Shown here piece after piece: positions 20,495 to 30,468 of a DNA stretch of 64,000 nt. Origin of the DNA: Candidatus Poribacteria bacterium (lineage in GTDB: Bacteria; Poribacteria; WGA-4E; PCPOR2b); assembly GCA_965218095.1 (NCBI GenBank), contig OZ244587.1, forward strand, positions 2,208,001 through 2,272,000, read 5' to 3'. Positions within the stretch are counted from its first letter, which is position 1; every line of letters begins with the position of its first letter. The notes under the pieces are model-generated. The model saw nothing but the letters and a program-made list of their open reading frames with translations. It made no database searches and was not told the DNA's origin. The translations under genes and the position numbers were made by a program.

Positions 20495-20842
20495 ATGGCA
20501 AAGAGAATTGTTCTGCTCGGTTTTTGTATAGCGATAGGCTGCATCGTTTCTGCATCAATGTGGTCAATACCAGCCAATGCGCAAGGGGCTAGTGGCGATG
20601 CCCCAACAACCGGCTCAACACTCATCGACTTCAAGCATCTCGCGCTTCTCATCATTGAAAGCATTGTTTTCAGCATCGTCGGGATGATTGTCCTGGTGGT
20701 CGGATATAAGATTTTTGATGCCGTAACACCTTACGATCTGAATCATCAGATTGCCGAAGATAATAATGCAGCCGCGGGGGTTGCCGTTGCGGGCATGTTA
20801 ATCGCTCTGGGGTTAATTGTGGCTTCAGCGATTTCGGGCTAA
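20495..20842 (+). CDS. DUF350 family membrane protein
   Basis: YKIFDAVTPYDL..QIAEDNN.AAGV.VAG..IALGLIVA. Confidence 0.8.
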   Translation: MAKRIVLLGFCIAIGCIVSASMWSIPANAQGASGDAPTTGSTLIDFKHLALLIIESIVFSIVGMIVLVVGYKIFDAVTPYDLNHQIAEDNNAAAGVAVAGMLIALGLIVASAISG

Positions 20843-21053
20843 TTGCTGTATGAGGTTATCAGCTATATCGAGAAAAAGGCAATTCATGTTTGACGTGGAT
20901 TGCCTTTTTTATGCGAAATCGCCGATGGAAAATTGTTTCTATCCGTTCCAACAACAACTGTCGCGCCTATTGATGCCAAAGACAACATCATTCGGTTGGA
21001 TAAGAGAAAAATTATTGTCCGGTTGAAACCTGCCAATTCGATTCAATAATAGA

Positions 21054-22313
21054 ATGGAAAAGACTCATAAATTCTTACTCATCTCAATTGATTGCTGGCG
21101 TTACAACGCCCTGAGTCGAACAAATCCATTATTCAACACTCCGAAATTTGATTTGTCGACCCAAGACTTCTCGTTGGCGGAACGATTCTTCGTCACCGCG
21201 CCCGCAACCCGTCCGTCTCACACCTCGCTTTTCACCGGGCTGTACCCATTTGAGCACGGGCTTTACGGGCAGACCTACCTCAAGATGTTCGCCGGCATCC
21301 CAAATCTGTTCCAGCTTTTCGCCGATGCGGGCTATGATGTGATGGGCAAATCTGAGCGTTCCGACGTCTTCCGCTTTCTTGACTTTGAGTCGTTCATCAT
21401 GTCAATAGATTTGCGGGCAAAAGATCAACACATCGGATCGCTGGAAAGCCTGATTGCGTGGATTGACCAACCTTCAGCGCCGCATCAGTTTGGCTTCATC
21501 CACTTCTGGCACACACATGGCGGCTACGGTCTGGGCGGCATCCAAAACGCGCCGAATTTGAGAGAATGGGTACATCAAGGCAGGACCGAAGAAGCGTTGC
21601 GATTTTATTACGCCGCCGTTACGCACGTTTTGGAGTTTGCTATCGTCGAAATCCTCAAGCGCGTTTCGCTTGAGGATTGGGCGGTCTTTATCTTCGGAGA
21701 TCACGGAGAGGGTTTCTGCGAGGAAATCATGGCGCACGGAGACACACTCCACCAGAATGTCCTCCATGTACCACTCCTCGCGCATATTCCCGGCAGGGAT
21801 GCGATCCGGTTTCCTGAAGGCCCAACCTCAATAATCGATCTCTTCCCGACCATTACGAGGCTCGCTGGAATCAACGTTGATTATCAGGGATATGGACGGG
21901 ATCTGCTCGGTTCGTCGGATGGGTTTGAAGAGCGGTGGGTTTTGTCGGAATTGGATAGTCTGTACGGGATTGGTTTCCTGACACCTAGCAACCTGCAAAC
22001 TGACCCCAGCCGTGTGACTTCCAGAGTTTCGATGGATGGGGTGGAGCTCGACAGGTATCCGGAAGGTGTGAGGTTATGGGCGATTACCGATGGTTGGCGC
22101 CTCTACCGGGAAAATGAAGAAACTGGTGACTTTGTTCAACGTGATGTGATGAGCGGCGCAGATCTCCCGTGTGACCATCCGGATAAATTCAGATCAATAT
22201 ACAATCAAATACGAGCGAACTCCCGCTATCAAAATCCTGAAATGCAGGAGACGACTGCTGAAGAAGGGGCGCTTTTGGAAGAGCGGTTGCGCGACCTCGG
22301 ATATATTGAGTAG
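21054..22313 (+). CDS. Sulfatase-like hydrolase (alkaline phosphatase superfamily)
   Basis: LLISIDCWR, PATRPSHTSLFTGLYPFEHG, GDHGE, HVPL, C-terminal ERLRDLGYIE. Confidence 0.85.
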   Translation: MEKTHKFLLISIDCWRYNALSRTNPLFNTPKFDLSTQDFSLAERFFVTAPATRPSHTSLFTGLYPFEHGLYGQTYLKMFAGIPNLFQLFADAGYDVMGKSERSDVFRFLDFESFIMSIDLRAKDQHIGSLESLIAWIDQPSAPHQFGFIHFWHTHGGYGLGGIQNAPNLREWVHQGRTEEALRFYYAAVTHVLEFAIVEILKRVSLEDWAVFIFGDHGEGFCEEIMAHGDTLHQNVLHVPLLAHIPGRDAIRFPEGPTSIIDLFPTITRLAGINVDYQGYGRDLLGSSDGFEERWVLSELDSLYGIGFLTPSNLQTDPSRVTSRVSMDGVELDRYPEGVRLWAITDGWRLYRENEETGDFVQRDVMSGADLPCDHPDKFRSIYNQIRANSRYQNPEMQETTAEEGALLEERLRDLGYIE

Positions 22314-22547
22314 TCTGAGCCCATAATGACGTGGGGGACAATATTCAATAGTCAATCTTATTGACTCACAAATTGGCTATCAATACGAATGAGATTTGGG
22401 AAGAATTTCGGGATGCGCTCAAACGATGGACTTTCGAGAAAGCCAATGCGATTCCTGCGGTGGGCGCTGTGGATGTGTTGAGGAGGTGTCGTGCTGCGAG
22501 TGGGAACATCTAATTTGCAGCGGTGTAAACTATCATGCGCCCATTAT

Positions 22548-22585
22548 AAGCACCGGTAGTCGTTTGACTGCCGGTGCTTTTTTTT
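22548..22585 (+). terminator. Intrinsic terminator
   Basis: AAGCACCGGTAGTC-GTTT-GACTGCCGGTGCTT followed by a T run. Confidence 0.8.
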
Positions 22586-22766
22586 GCAACAGAGTGGACA
22601 TCAAAGTATTCCGCGATCATGTTTTCCGGATTGACTTCCTATTGCATGTGTGATAGGATAGGCTGCCGTATCGGGTGTCTGCACGTTGGCATTCAGCGTG
22701 CAGATTGCGGGTATTCCGTGTAACTGGCTGCGATGGCGGTCATCAAAATGAAAGGATATCAGAACC

Positions 22767-23561
22767 ATGATCAAAATTGGTTGTAACTACCTGAGTTTAC
22801 GCGATACAGACGTTGAGACGTTCATCCGGACGGCTTACGATTTAAGGCTCGATATTGTTGACTTTCACCGACGGGCCTTCACCTCGACGGAGCCAGACTA
22901 TCTCGGCAATATCAAGCTGCTGTGCCTCAAATATGGACTGCCCATCGGCTACATCGGTGTGAGTGGCTTGTTCGTGGGGCCGGAGCAGGAACGGCGGGAG
23001 CACGCTGAACAGTGCAAAGAAGCCATTGACGTGGCTGCATTCCTCGGATCGCCGATAATTCGCGTGTTCTGTGCGTCAGTACCGGAGAAGAACGCGGATG
23101 ACGAATCTCCGTGGCCCGCAATGGTTCAAGGGTACCAGGAGGTCGCTGATTACGCTGCCTCCAAGGGTATCGCCGTTGGGTTGCAGAATCACCCGTCCAC
23201 TGGCGATGAAATGCTGCGAATCTGGCGCGAAACTGATCGGGAGAACTTCACTTTTATCATGGACACGGGCCAGTGGGTTGGGTCGCCTGGATCGTATCCA
23301 CGCGGGGAATTGGCTCCGGACATCGACTTTTACCGCTTCATGGAGCAGACCGCACCGCATGCCATGTATGTCCGCACCAAATTCTACAAAATCGAGAGCG
23401 GCAAGGAGGAGTGGCTGGATTATGAGCGGATTGTGAACATCTTGAAAAAGGTCAACTACAATGGCTGTATATCCATTGTTTACGAAGGCGAAGCAGAAGA
23501 CCGCGTTGAGCAGGTGCGGAAAGCTGCTAACTACCTGCGTGAACTACTGTCAGGTTATTGA
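22767..23561 (+). CDS. Sugar phosphate isomerase/epimerase (xylose isomerase-like TIM barrel)
   Basis: IDVAAFLGSPIIRVF, GLQNH, MDTG, YNGCISIVYEG. Confidence 0.85.
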   Translation: MIKIGCNYLSLRDTDVETFIRTAYDLRLDIVDFHRRAFTSTEPDYLGNIKLLCLKYGLPIGYIGVSGLFVGPEQERREHAEQCKEAIDVAAFLGSPIIRVFCASVPEKNADDESPWPAMVQGYQEVADYAASKGIAVGLQNHPSTGDEMLRIWRETDRENFTFIMDTGQWVGSPGSYPRGELAPDIDFYRFMEQTAPHAMYVRTKFYKIESGKEEWLDYERIVNILKKVNYNGCISIVYEGEAEDRVEQVRKAANYLRELLSGY

Positions 23562-23654
23562 TTTGACCTGTATGAAGTGAGAAAGCGAAAAGAATCTATC
23601 TGCGCATGCCCTGATGGATCGGGATCTCGCTTCACTAGAGACCTGAATTTGTCC

Positions 23655-23984
23655 ATGAAGGCGTACGACGCGCCCCTTTTCCATTGGACGATCATTATCG
23701 CCAGCCTCGCATTTTTTGCCCTTGCGCTTCTGGGAATCGCCGCTTTTATGTTGTCCGTCATTGAGGCATCAAGGCTACCCGTAGGAGAGGGATATTTTAT
23801 CGCGTTCATCTGTCAGATCCTGATTTTCCTGTCTCTGTTCCTCTTTCTGTATCGCGGTTTCCAGAGATTTCACACGATACTTCTCTACACATCAGGTTGG
23901 TTGGTTTTCGGATGGCTTTCAATCCTCACGCGATTTCCCAGCGGCTCTGTGATTCTACTGACGGCGCTATACGCGGCGCTGTAG
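23655..23984 (+). CDS. Hypothetical membrane protein, possibly truncated next to IS982
   Basis: Several hydrophobic segments; ends just before the IS982 left end. Start uncertain. Confidence 0.4.
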   Translation: MKAYDAPLFHWTIIIASLAFFALALLGIAAFMLSVIEASRLPVGEGYFIAFICQILIFLSLFLFLYRGFQRFHTILLYTSGWLVFGWLSILTRFPSGSVILLTALYAAL

Positions 23985-23997
23985 TACACGCTTATTA

Positions 23998-24956
23998 ACC
24001 AATGGTGCTAGTTTGGAATTTGGAAGTCAATGAACATAACAGAACACCCTGGCTTTGCTTTGGTTCTTGTTGGATTAGGGTCATGAGACGGTTTCCTCGA
24101 TTCTACCGTTAATCTAAGTGTTAGACAATTCTTGATTAACGGTAGGAAATCCAGACTCATGACCATTATAGATTTTATCACACAATTGTTCTGTTGTGTA
24201 GATGATAAACTCACACAACACCAGAAAAACCAAGAGCATACCCAAGCCAATTTCTATCCTTCTGAAGGGGTTACCATCGCCTTACTCTTTGCACTCAAAG
24301 GCGTCGGCAACCGAGCCTTCTATCGATGGATGGAAAACAATTACAAACCCTTGTTCCCCAATTTACCCGAGCGAACCCGCTTGTTCAACACCCATTAACA
24401 TCTCACTGATGTTTTCGATGTTTTCATGGCGAATCCTTCACTCATCGGTGTGATTGACACTTATGGTGTCGAACTGATTCACCCCCGCCGAGAAGGTCGC
24501 TCTGAGCAGCAAATCGGTCCAACCAACGCTGGATTGTGGGGGGAAAGTTTTGTCTGCTGCTCAATCATCTTGGACTGATTATTGACTGGGATTGTGATAC
24601 TGCCAATGTCTACGATGGAAGTCGTTTCCAACATCTCGTTGATGGAGTCTGCGATAGATGGTTGTTTTTGCCGATGAAGGGTTTGCCAAAGCCGATGGGT
24701 TCGCTCCTAACTTACGTCTGTGCCGACGGGGGGAATGGAATTGTCGGATGCTGATAGAGACCGTTTTATCGATGTTGACGTTAGTGTGCCATTTTAAGAA
24801 AGTGATGCCTCGCTGTTGGGCTTATTTCAAAACGCGACTCGGTTTCACGATGGCGTTGTTTAATCTCTTGGTGCAGTGGGATGGTTTGCCGGTTGATGAA
24901 GACGGGTTTGTGCCTTTATCGATTGCTCAATTTAGTCTCTAACTAGCACCAAAGGT
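23998..24956 (+). mobile_element. IS982-like insertion sequence with frameshifted transposase pseudogene
   Basis: TIRs ACCAATGGTGCTAGTT / AACTAGCACCAAAGGT with TATTA on both flanks. Fragments DFITQLFCCVDD, LPERTRLF, IDTYGVELIHP.REGRS, ADEGF, RMLIETVLSML in different frames. Confidence 0.8.
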
Positions 24957-24961
24957 TATTA

Positions 24962-25083
24962 ACCTTTGGTGCTAGTTGGTAAGGATGTAGTCTCCACAAG
25001 GGTTGTAGAATTTACATATTCGACCTCGCAAAGAATAATCGTTGCTATGACTGGATCTCTGGCTCCAAACTAGCACCATTAGT
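24962..25083 (-). mobile_element. MITE built from the same IS982 ends, inverted and adjacent to the IS
   Basis: Starts ACCTTTGGTGCTAGTT and ends TCCAAACTAGCACCATTAGT; no ORF. Confidence 0.75.
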
Positions 25084-25252
25084 TGAATATTAGGAGGATG
25101 CAAAATGTTAAGTCAACTGTTTCACCGAAGGTGGATATTTGGGAGAATCGTCATAGCAATAATACTGCTGGATCTCATCTATGTTTTGGTAGCGTTACTG
25201 CCGCCGGTGCGCCCGAAGCATACGACCCTGAGCTGGATCCGTAATGTAATGC

Positions 25253-26671
25253 TTATGAAATTATGTCCAGGGGCGGTCGTTTCTCCGTCCAAGAGGCAAG
25301 AGCCTCAAAGGCAGCGGAGGCACGGAGGACAGTTATATCATCGCGCCAGCGCCCAATAATCTGGAGTCCAACGGGCAGACCATTGTTTGCCAAGCCGCAC
25401 GGAACTGTAGCTGCCGGCTGTCCAGTGATGTTAAATGGATAGGTAAATGCGGTCCACCCCAAATAGGTGGTGGGCTGCCCTTCGATTTGTCCCGGGTGAT
25501 CGTCGCCAGCCGGAAACGCCGTCACGGGAAGCGTGGGCGTCAGCAGCAGGTCGTAGTTTTCCATGAATGCACGCCATCTATGATAATAATCGTTCCGTCG
25601 GGCGTACGCCGCAGCCAATTCTGCTGCAGAAAACTTAAGCCCCTGTTCAATCACTGCTGCAAGGCCAGGGTCAAGCAACTCCCGGACCTTGTCTAGGTCA
25701 TGTCGATAGATACTGGCAAATGCGGACGACCAGATTATATTGATAATATCCTCCCACGGATCTGGTATCCCGGGATGCGCTTCCTCAAGGTGACAACCCA
25801 GTTCACCGAAGCGTGCGGCGGCCGTGGCAGCGAGCTCACGCACCTCCGCCTCGATTGGCGCATAGCCCAAATCACCTGACCAGGCGACACGCAGACCGGC
25901 AATACTTCCTTCCATCCCTTCGAGGAAATCAATTTGAGTGGGGAGCGAAAGACGGTCACGCGGATCAGTCCCGGCCATGACGGTGAGCATGAGCGCCGCA
26001 TCTCGCACAGTTCGTGTGATTGGACCGACGTGCGAAAACAACTCGACAGCGCTGGCTGGATACTGTGGGACGAGTCCCCACGATGGCTTCAAGCCGTAGA
26101 GTCCACAAAAGGCCGCTGGAATGCGGATGGAACCTGCGCCGTCCGTCCCCTGGGCAAGCGCCCCCATCCCCGCGGCAACGGCAGCCGCCGGACCGCCACT
26201 TGACCCACCGGCGGTGCGACCATGCTGCCACGGATTATGTGTCGGACCCACGATGCGGTTTCCCGAGTCACCTTTCCAGCCCAATTCAGGCGTATTTGTC
26301 TTACCAAGCATCACCATGCCGGCTGCGTAGAGACGCTCAACAATGGGGGCGTCAAAGTCTGGCGCCCAATTTTTGTACAGGAGCGAGCCTCGAGTTGTGC
26401 GAATGCCCTTTGTTACGGTAAGATCCTTCAGCGAACCGGGTATGCCCGCTAGTGGCGGTATAGTTTCACGTTTTGTATACGCTTCTTCGGCGGCGCGTGC
26501 TTGCTTTTTGGCGAGTTCTGGAGTGACTGTGATGAAGGCGTTAATGCTCGGGTTGAGTTGGTCAATGCGGCTCAATACTGCCTCAGTTACCTCAACAGGC
26601 GACACTTCGCGTTTCTGATACAGCGTCCGTAACTGAAGGGCTGACAAGTCGTATAGATTCGTTGCATCCAT
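25253..26671 (-). CDS. Amidase (AS family, GatA-like)
   Basis: SLKDL, GKTNTPE, GGSSGG, GTDGAGSIRIPA, FNITGQPA. Confidence 0.93.
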   Translation of the reverse strand: MDATNLYDLSALQLRTLYQKREVSPVEVTEAVLSRIDQLNPSINAFITVTPELAKKQARAAEEAYTKRETIPPLAGIPGSLKDLTVTKGIRTTRGSLLYKNWAPDFDAPIVERLYAAGMVMLGKTNTPELGWKGDSGNRIVGPTHNPWQHGRTAGGSSGGPAAAVAAGMGALAQGTDGAGSIRIPAAFCGLYGLKPSWGLVPQYPASAVELFSHVGPITRTVRDAALMLTVMAGTDPRDRLSLPTQIDFLEGMEGSIAGLRVAWSGDLGYAPIEAEVRELAATAAARFGELGCHLEEAHPGIPDPWEDIINIIWSSAFASIYRHDLDKVRELLDPGLAAVIEQGLKFSAAELAAAYARRNDYYHRWRAFMENYDLLLTPTLPVTAFPAGDDHPGQIEGQPTTYLGWTAFTYPFNITGQPAATVPCGLANNGLPVGLQIIGRWRDDITVLRASAAFEALASWTEKRPPLDIIS

Positions 26672-26872
26672 ATCCTGACTCTCCTGTATTAACTTACTTT
26701 AACGTGAGTTCGACGTAAGAATTCTGCGTAAGTCCGAACATTGATGGCATGAGGGACAGAAAACATACAGCAAAGTCCACAGGAACTCCTTTTCAAACTA
26801 CTGCCTCAACTTCAATCGATCGCTCAAAGATTAACGAGCGATCGGCAGTTACAGGAGGATCTCCTACAAGAA

Positions 26873-27058
26873 ATGTCTTTACACCTGTGTCAGTTGATCA
26901 GGGAAAGGAACGCACCTGCTGATGATGTCGTCGCAGATGAGGGTGATAACCCACAGCGTACCCGTTGTCCTGTGTGTCAAGAGAGACTAACTGCCATTAC
27001 CGAAGACATTACAATATGCTTGAAATGCGGTACGGTCACAGACGAAACCGGAACATGA
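26873..27058 (+). CDS. Small zinc-ribbon protein (putative)
   Basis: AGGAGG upstream (long spacing); CPVC-x13-CLKC. Confidence 0.45.
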   Translation: MSLHLCQLIRERNAPADDVVADEGDNPQRTRCPVCQERLTAITEDITICLKCGTVTDETGT

Positions 27059-27292
27059 TTTCTGTTCGCGCCTCAAATTGATGACGCAAACTTATGACTG
27101 CCAGTGGGTTGAACCTTTTCTTTTTCAAACTCCTCATTTGGCTCAACCGGAGTCAACGCAATACCGGAAACTCATCCAGGCGCAACCCAAATGAAGCCTC
27201 CAGCATACTAATTATTCGTAATCACCGGGGCTTGTCTGCCCAAATAACCTGCCAACTCTCTTGCCCGTTTTTCATCTTCAAAACCTCAGTTT

Positions 27293-27481
27293 GAGATTTG
27301 TATCGTTCAAAATCACCCCATCTGCCGGCCTGCTGTGACCCCTGTATGAAATTCGGGATTTCGCTACGCTCAACTTGCGCCGTTGCGGATCACAAGTCGG
27401 GGGACCCCATGGATCGGGATGCAAGCACATGGGTTACTGGGCTTTCGTCTGAAATGTACGACGCACACAAAGTCAAATCCC
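27293..27481 (-). ncRNA. Candidate structured non-coding RNA (unassigned)
   Basis: Starts just after a perfect promoter; 5' GGGATTTG can pair with 3' CAAATCTC; internal stems; no ORF. Confidence 0.4.
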
Positions 27482-27485
27482 TTCC

Positions 27486-27513
27486 ATTATATTCATTAGC
27501 AAATTAGTGTCAA
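27486..27513 (-). promoter_or_regulatory. Consensus sigma70 promoter (minus strand)
   Basis: TTGACA-N16-TATAAT. Confidence 0.75.
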
Positions 27514-27560
27514 CAAAAAAAGCGCCGACTAGAAATTCTCCACGCCTCAAATCTGACGCC

Positions 27561-27589
27561 TTGACACCGCCCCGGATATGTGATAGCAT
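27561..27589 (+). promoter_or_regulatory. Sigma70 promoter for the M20 peptidase
   Basis: TTGACA-N17-TAGCAT with extended -10 TG. Confidence 0.6.
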
Positions 27590-27611
27590 AGCCAGGGGGA
27601 GCCGGAGATTT

Positions 27612-27730
27612 GTGATTATGAATAAACTTCTGTCATTCTGAGCAAGCGAAGAATCTCATCGGTGTTGAACAACGGAGATCCTTCACTGCGTTCAAGATGA
27701 CAAAAGTGTAAAGGATAATTTCATAATCAC
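27612..27730. mobile_element. MITE/REP-like element
   Basis: TIR GTGATTATGAA / TTCATAATCAC enclosing a TGTCATTCTGAGC..GAAGAATCT / AGATCCTTC..GTTCAAGATGACA palindrome. Confidence 0.65.
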
Positions 27731-27803
27731 TTTTGTGAAGACTTGTGACAAGATCTTATCCATTACGCAAGCCTAACCATCCACAAACCCGCAAAAGGAA
27801 GTT

Positions 27804-29051
27804 ATGAAGAAAATACACAACTATATCGAACAAGGCAGCACTTCTCTTTGTGAGTCGTTAAAAGAATTAGTGAGTATTCCGACCGTGAACCCGCCCGGCA
27901 CAAACTATGCGGAGATAGTAGGGCTGCTTCAGGAACGATGTGAAACGCTTGGGATGCAGACGCAAATCGCGCAAGTTCCCCAAGCTGAAGCGCAAGCGAT
28001 TGTGCCGCACGCCGATGTCTACCCACGCCTGAACCTGATTGCCCGGTGGGACGCTGGGGCGGAGAAGACCGTCCACTTCAACGCCCATTACGATGTCGTG
28101 CCTGTCTCTGGCGCCTGGAGAGCGGACCCATTTCAGCCCCAGGTTGTGGGGGATTGGCTTTACGGCAGAGGGTCGGACGATATGAAGGACTCAATGGCTG
28201 CATTGCTGTTTGCAATTACCGCGCTTCAGGAAAACGGTGTCCATCCGGCTTTCAATATCGAGTGCTCGTTCACCTGCGACGAGGAGATCGGTGGTGAGTT
28301 GGGGGCGGGGTACATCGTGCGCAAAGGGTTGGTTCAAGCCGATTATGTCGTTAATTGCGAAGGCGGGTCTGTTTTGAATGTGGGTCTGGGACACAACGGC
28401 GTGCTCTGGCTTGATGTGACGGTACATGGCAAAGCCGCGCACGCCTCTCGACCGCAAAAGGGGTTGAACGCTTTTGAAAAGATGGCCGCTTTCGTCACCG
28501 GACTACAACCCTTGAAACAGCAGTTGAATGCGCCGGAGCGTATTTTCAAAACTTTTTCGGGCGATGAACGGCGCCCTACGATTAACCTTGGCGGAGTCTT
28601 TCATGGCACGGATGGGGATAAGGTCAACACCGTCCCTGCGCAGGCGACCTTCTCCATAGACCGACGTGTTCTCCCCAACGAACGCTTGGCAGCAGCCGAG
28701 GGAGAGCTTCGCACAGCAATTCGGGAGGTCTGCCAATCCGATCCGGAGCTGAAGGTGGATGTAAATGCCACGTTGGGTATTGAGCCGTGCGTCGTTGAGC
28801 CAGAGCATCCATTCCCACAGGCGTTTGCACGGACAGTACGCAGCATACGCCGTCATCCAATTCAGTTCAGCACGACAACCGGCTTTACAGATCTACATTT
28901 CTTCGTCGAAGACGGTGGAATGCCCGGCGTTGGCTATGGCGCACACGGACAGGGAGCTCATGGCGTGGACGAACGGGTCAGTATATCCGATTTGGTTAAG
29001 ACGGCAAAAGTGTATGCAACATTTATGATGAGAGGCCTTTATGACGCATAA
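27804..29051 (+). CDS. M20 family metallopeptidase (ArgE/DapE-like)
   Basis: NAHYDVVP, YGRGSDDMK, DEE, GKAAHAS, AHGVDE. Confidence 0.92.
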   Translation: MKKIHNYIEQGSTSLCESLKELVSIPTVNPPGTNYAEIVGLLQERCETLGMQTQIAQVPQAEAQAIVPHADVYPRLNLIARWDAGAEKTVHFNAHYDVVPVSGAWRADPFQPQVVGDWLYGRGSDDMKDSMAALLFAITALQENGVHPAFNIECSFTCDEEIGGELGAGYIVRKGLVQADYVVNCEGGSVLNVGLGHNGVLWLDVTVHGKAAHASRPQKGLNAFEKMAAFVTGLQPLKQQLNAPERIFKTFSGDERRPTINLGGVFHGTDGDKVNTVPAQATFSIDRRVLPNERLAAAEGELRTAIREVCQSDPELKVDVNATLGIEPCVVEPEHPFPQAFARTVRSIRRHPIQFSTTTGFTDLHFFVEDGGMPGVGYGAHGQGAHGVDERVSISDLVKTAKVYATFMMRGLYDA

Positions 29052-29121
29052 ACGCCTAGACAAATCAGCGAAGAGTCTGTCATCCTTCATAATTTAGCGT
29101 GGTCAAGCGTTATTTCAGCAA

Positions 29122-30153
29122 TCACTTACTCGCCCGATACTCATCTAACAGGGTATTGACCTGGTCTAGCAATTCCTGAGAGTAGATTTGCCCTGCAAGT
29201 TCACCTTGCACCTGTACAGCGAATTTATCCCACTCCGCCCGATCTATGTTGTTGACAGAAACGATCTGAATTCCGTATTTCTTCAATGCCGTGACCGACT
29301 TATTATTATCCTCACGAATGCGATGGATGAGTTCCTTATGGTATTTGTGTGCGGTTTCGTTGAGGATTTGCTGGGATTTAGGAGACAGCTTATCGAATTT
29401 CTCTTTCGTAATAATCGTCGCGCCGACACCGATTCCCAACGGTATGTCCGTCATATATTTCAGCCTGGGATGCCACTGCAAAGCGATACACGCAAGCGGA
29501 GAGGCAATTAAGGTATTGATCTGTCCTGAATATAGCGATGGAAGTACCTGCGGCACGGACAGCGGTATCCCAATGCTTCCCATGGTTTTGGAAAAGTACA
29601 TTCTGACCGGATCATCAACACGCACCCACATCTTGACGTTTGGATTGCGGACATCCGCAATGGACTGAATTCGCCGATTGCTAAACAGATAGTAGTAACC
29701 GATGTCTCCCCAACCTAGCAGAATATATCCCGCGCTCTCAAACGCTTTATCGAGCTGTTCTCTCAGTCGGTCACGCACATGGTCAAGCTCGTCGTAGTTC
29801 TGAAAAAGCAGCGGGGTTTGAAAAATCAATACTGGTTTTTGAATCTCTCCCAAACCGACGCTTGTCATGGCCCCGGCGTGGAGCAGTCCTGCCCGCATCT
29901 TGCGAACCACATCGATCTCATCCCCTTGCACGCCATCTGGAAAAAATCGGATTTTGAGTTCGCCTCCGCTTTTCTTCTTGATCTCCCGTCCCATTTTGTA
30001 AAAGATCTTCATCCACGATGACGTTTTCGGTGCAAGCGTCGCCAGTTTAATCGATTCGCCAAACGTGGACGTTACGAAAATGATAGCAAAAAATGTCACA
30101 ATAAGGTAAAGTTTAATCACGCGAATCATGTTGTTCATCCTTGTTCTTGACAT
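29122..30153 (-). CDS. dctP: TRAP transporter substrate-binding protein (DctP family)
   Basis: Signal peptide; IKLATLAPK.S.W, GVQGDE.DVVRKMR.G; no DctQ/M nearby. Confidence 0.85.
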   Translation of the reverse strand: MSRTRMNNMIRVIKLYLIVTFFAIIFVTSTFGESIKLATLAPKTSSWMKIFYKMGREIKKKSGGELKIRFFPDGVQGDEIDVVRKMRAGLLHAGAMTSVGLGEIQKPVLIFQTPLLFQNYDELDHVRDRLREQLDKAFESAGYILLGWGDIGYYYLFSNRRIQSIADVRNPNVKMWVRVDDPVRMYFSKTMGSIGIPLSVPQVLPSLYSGQINTLIASPLACIALQWHPRLKYMTDIPLGIGVGATIITKEKFDKLSPKSQQILNETAHKYHKELIHRIREDNNKSVTALKKYGIQIVSVNNIDRAEWDKFAVQVQGELAGQIYSQELLDQVNTLLDEYRASK

Positions 30154-30222
30154 TGACTAAGGGTATTGAGTTCACCGAGATGATAACTATACTCCCAACG
30201 GTCATAACTTATACCAATTCGA

Positions 30223-30256
30223 TAACCTTGCGAAGGTTTGAAACCTTCGCAGGGTT
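30223..30256. repeat. REP-like palindrome
   Basis: AACCTTGCGAAGGTTT-G-AAACCTTCGCAGGGTT. Confidence 0.6.
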
Positions 30257-30276
30257 GAATACCTAATCCTGAGTAC

Positions 30277-30305
30277 ATTATAGTCGAGTGGCGCAGCAGT
30301 GTCAA
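30277..30305 (-). promoter_or_regulatory. Consensus sigma70 promoter for dctP
   Basis: TTGACA-N17-TATAAT on the minus strand. Confidence 0.75.
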
Positions 30306-30468
30306 GCGTAGATTTTGAGAAACCAAGACTGGGTTTTAGAACAAGGTAAAATCGTTGCGTCGAGTGCTGTTCTTAATCCTGAACCGTCAAATTCCGTCTT
30401 AGTTTGAAAATGGGACCGCAGAATGCGCTTCAAGCACCATACCATGCAAGGGATACGGGAAAAAATCA

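Noticed and set aside
27293-27481. Assignment to tmRNA, RNase P, SRP or a known riboswitch (c-di-AMP, c-di-GMP, SAM, M-box)
   Set aside because: Diagnostic motifs were not found by eye; left unassigned.
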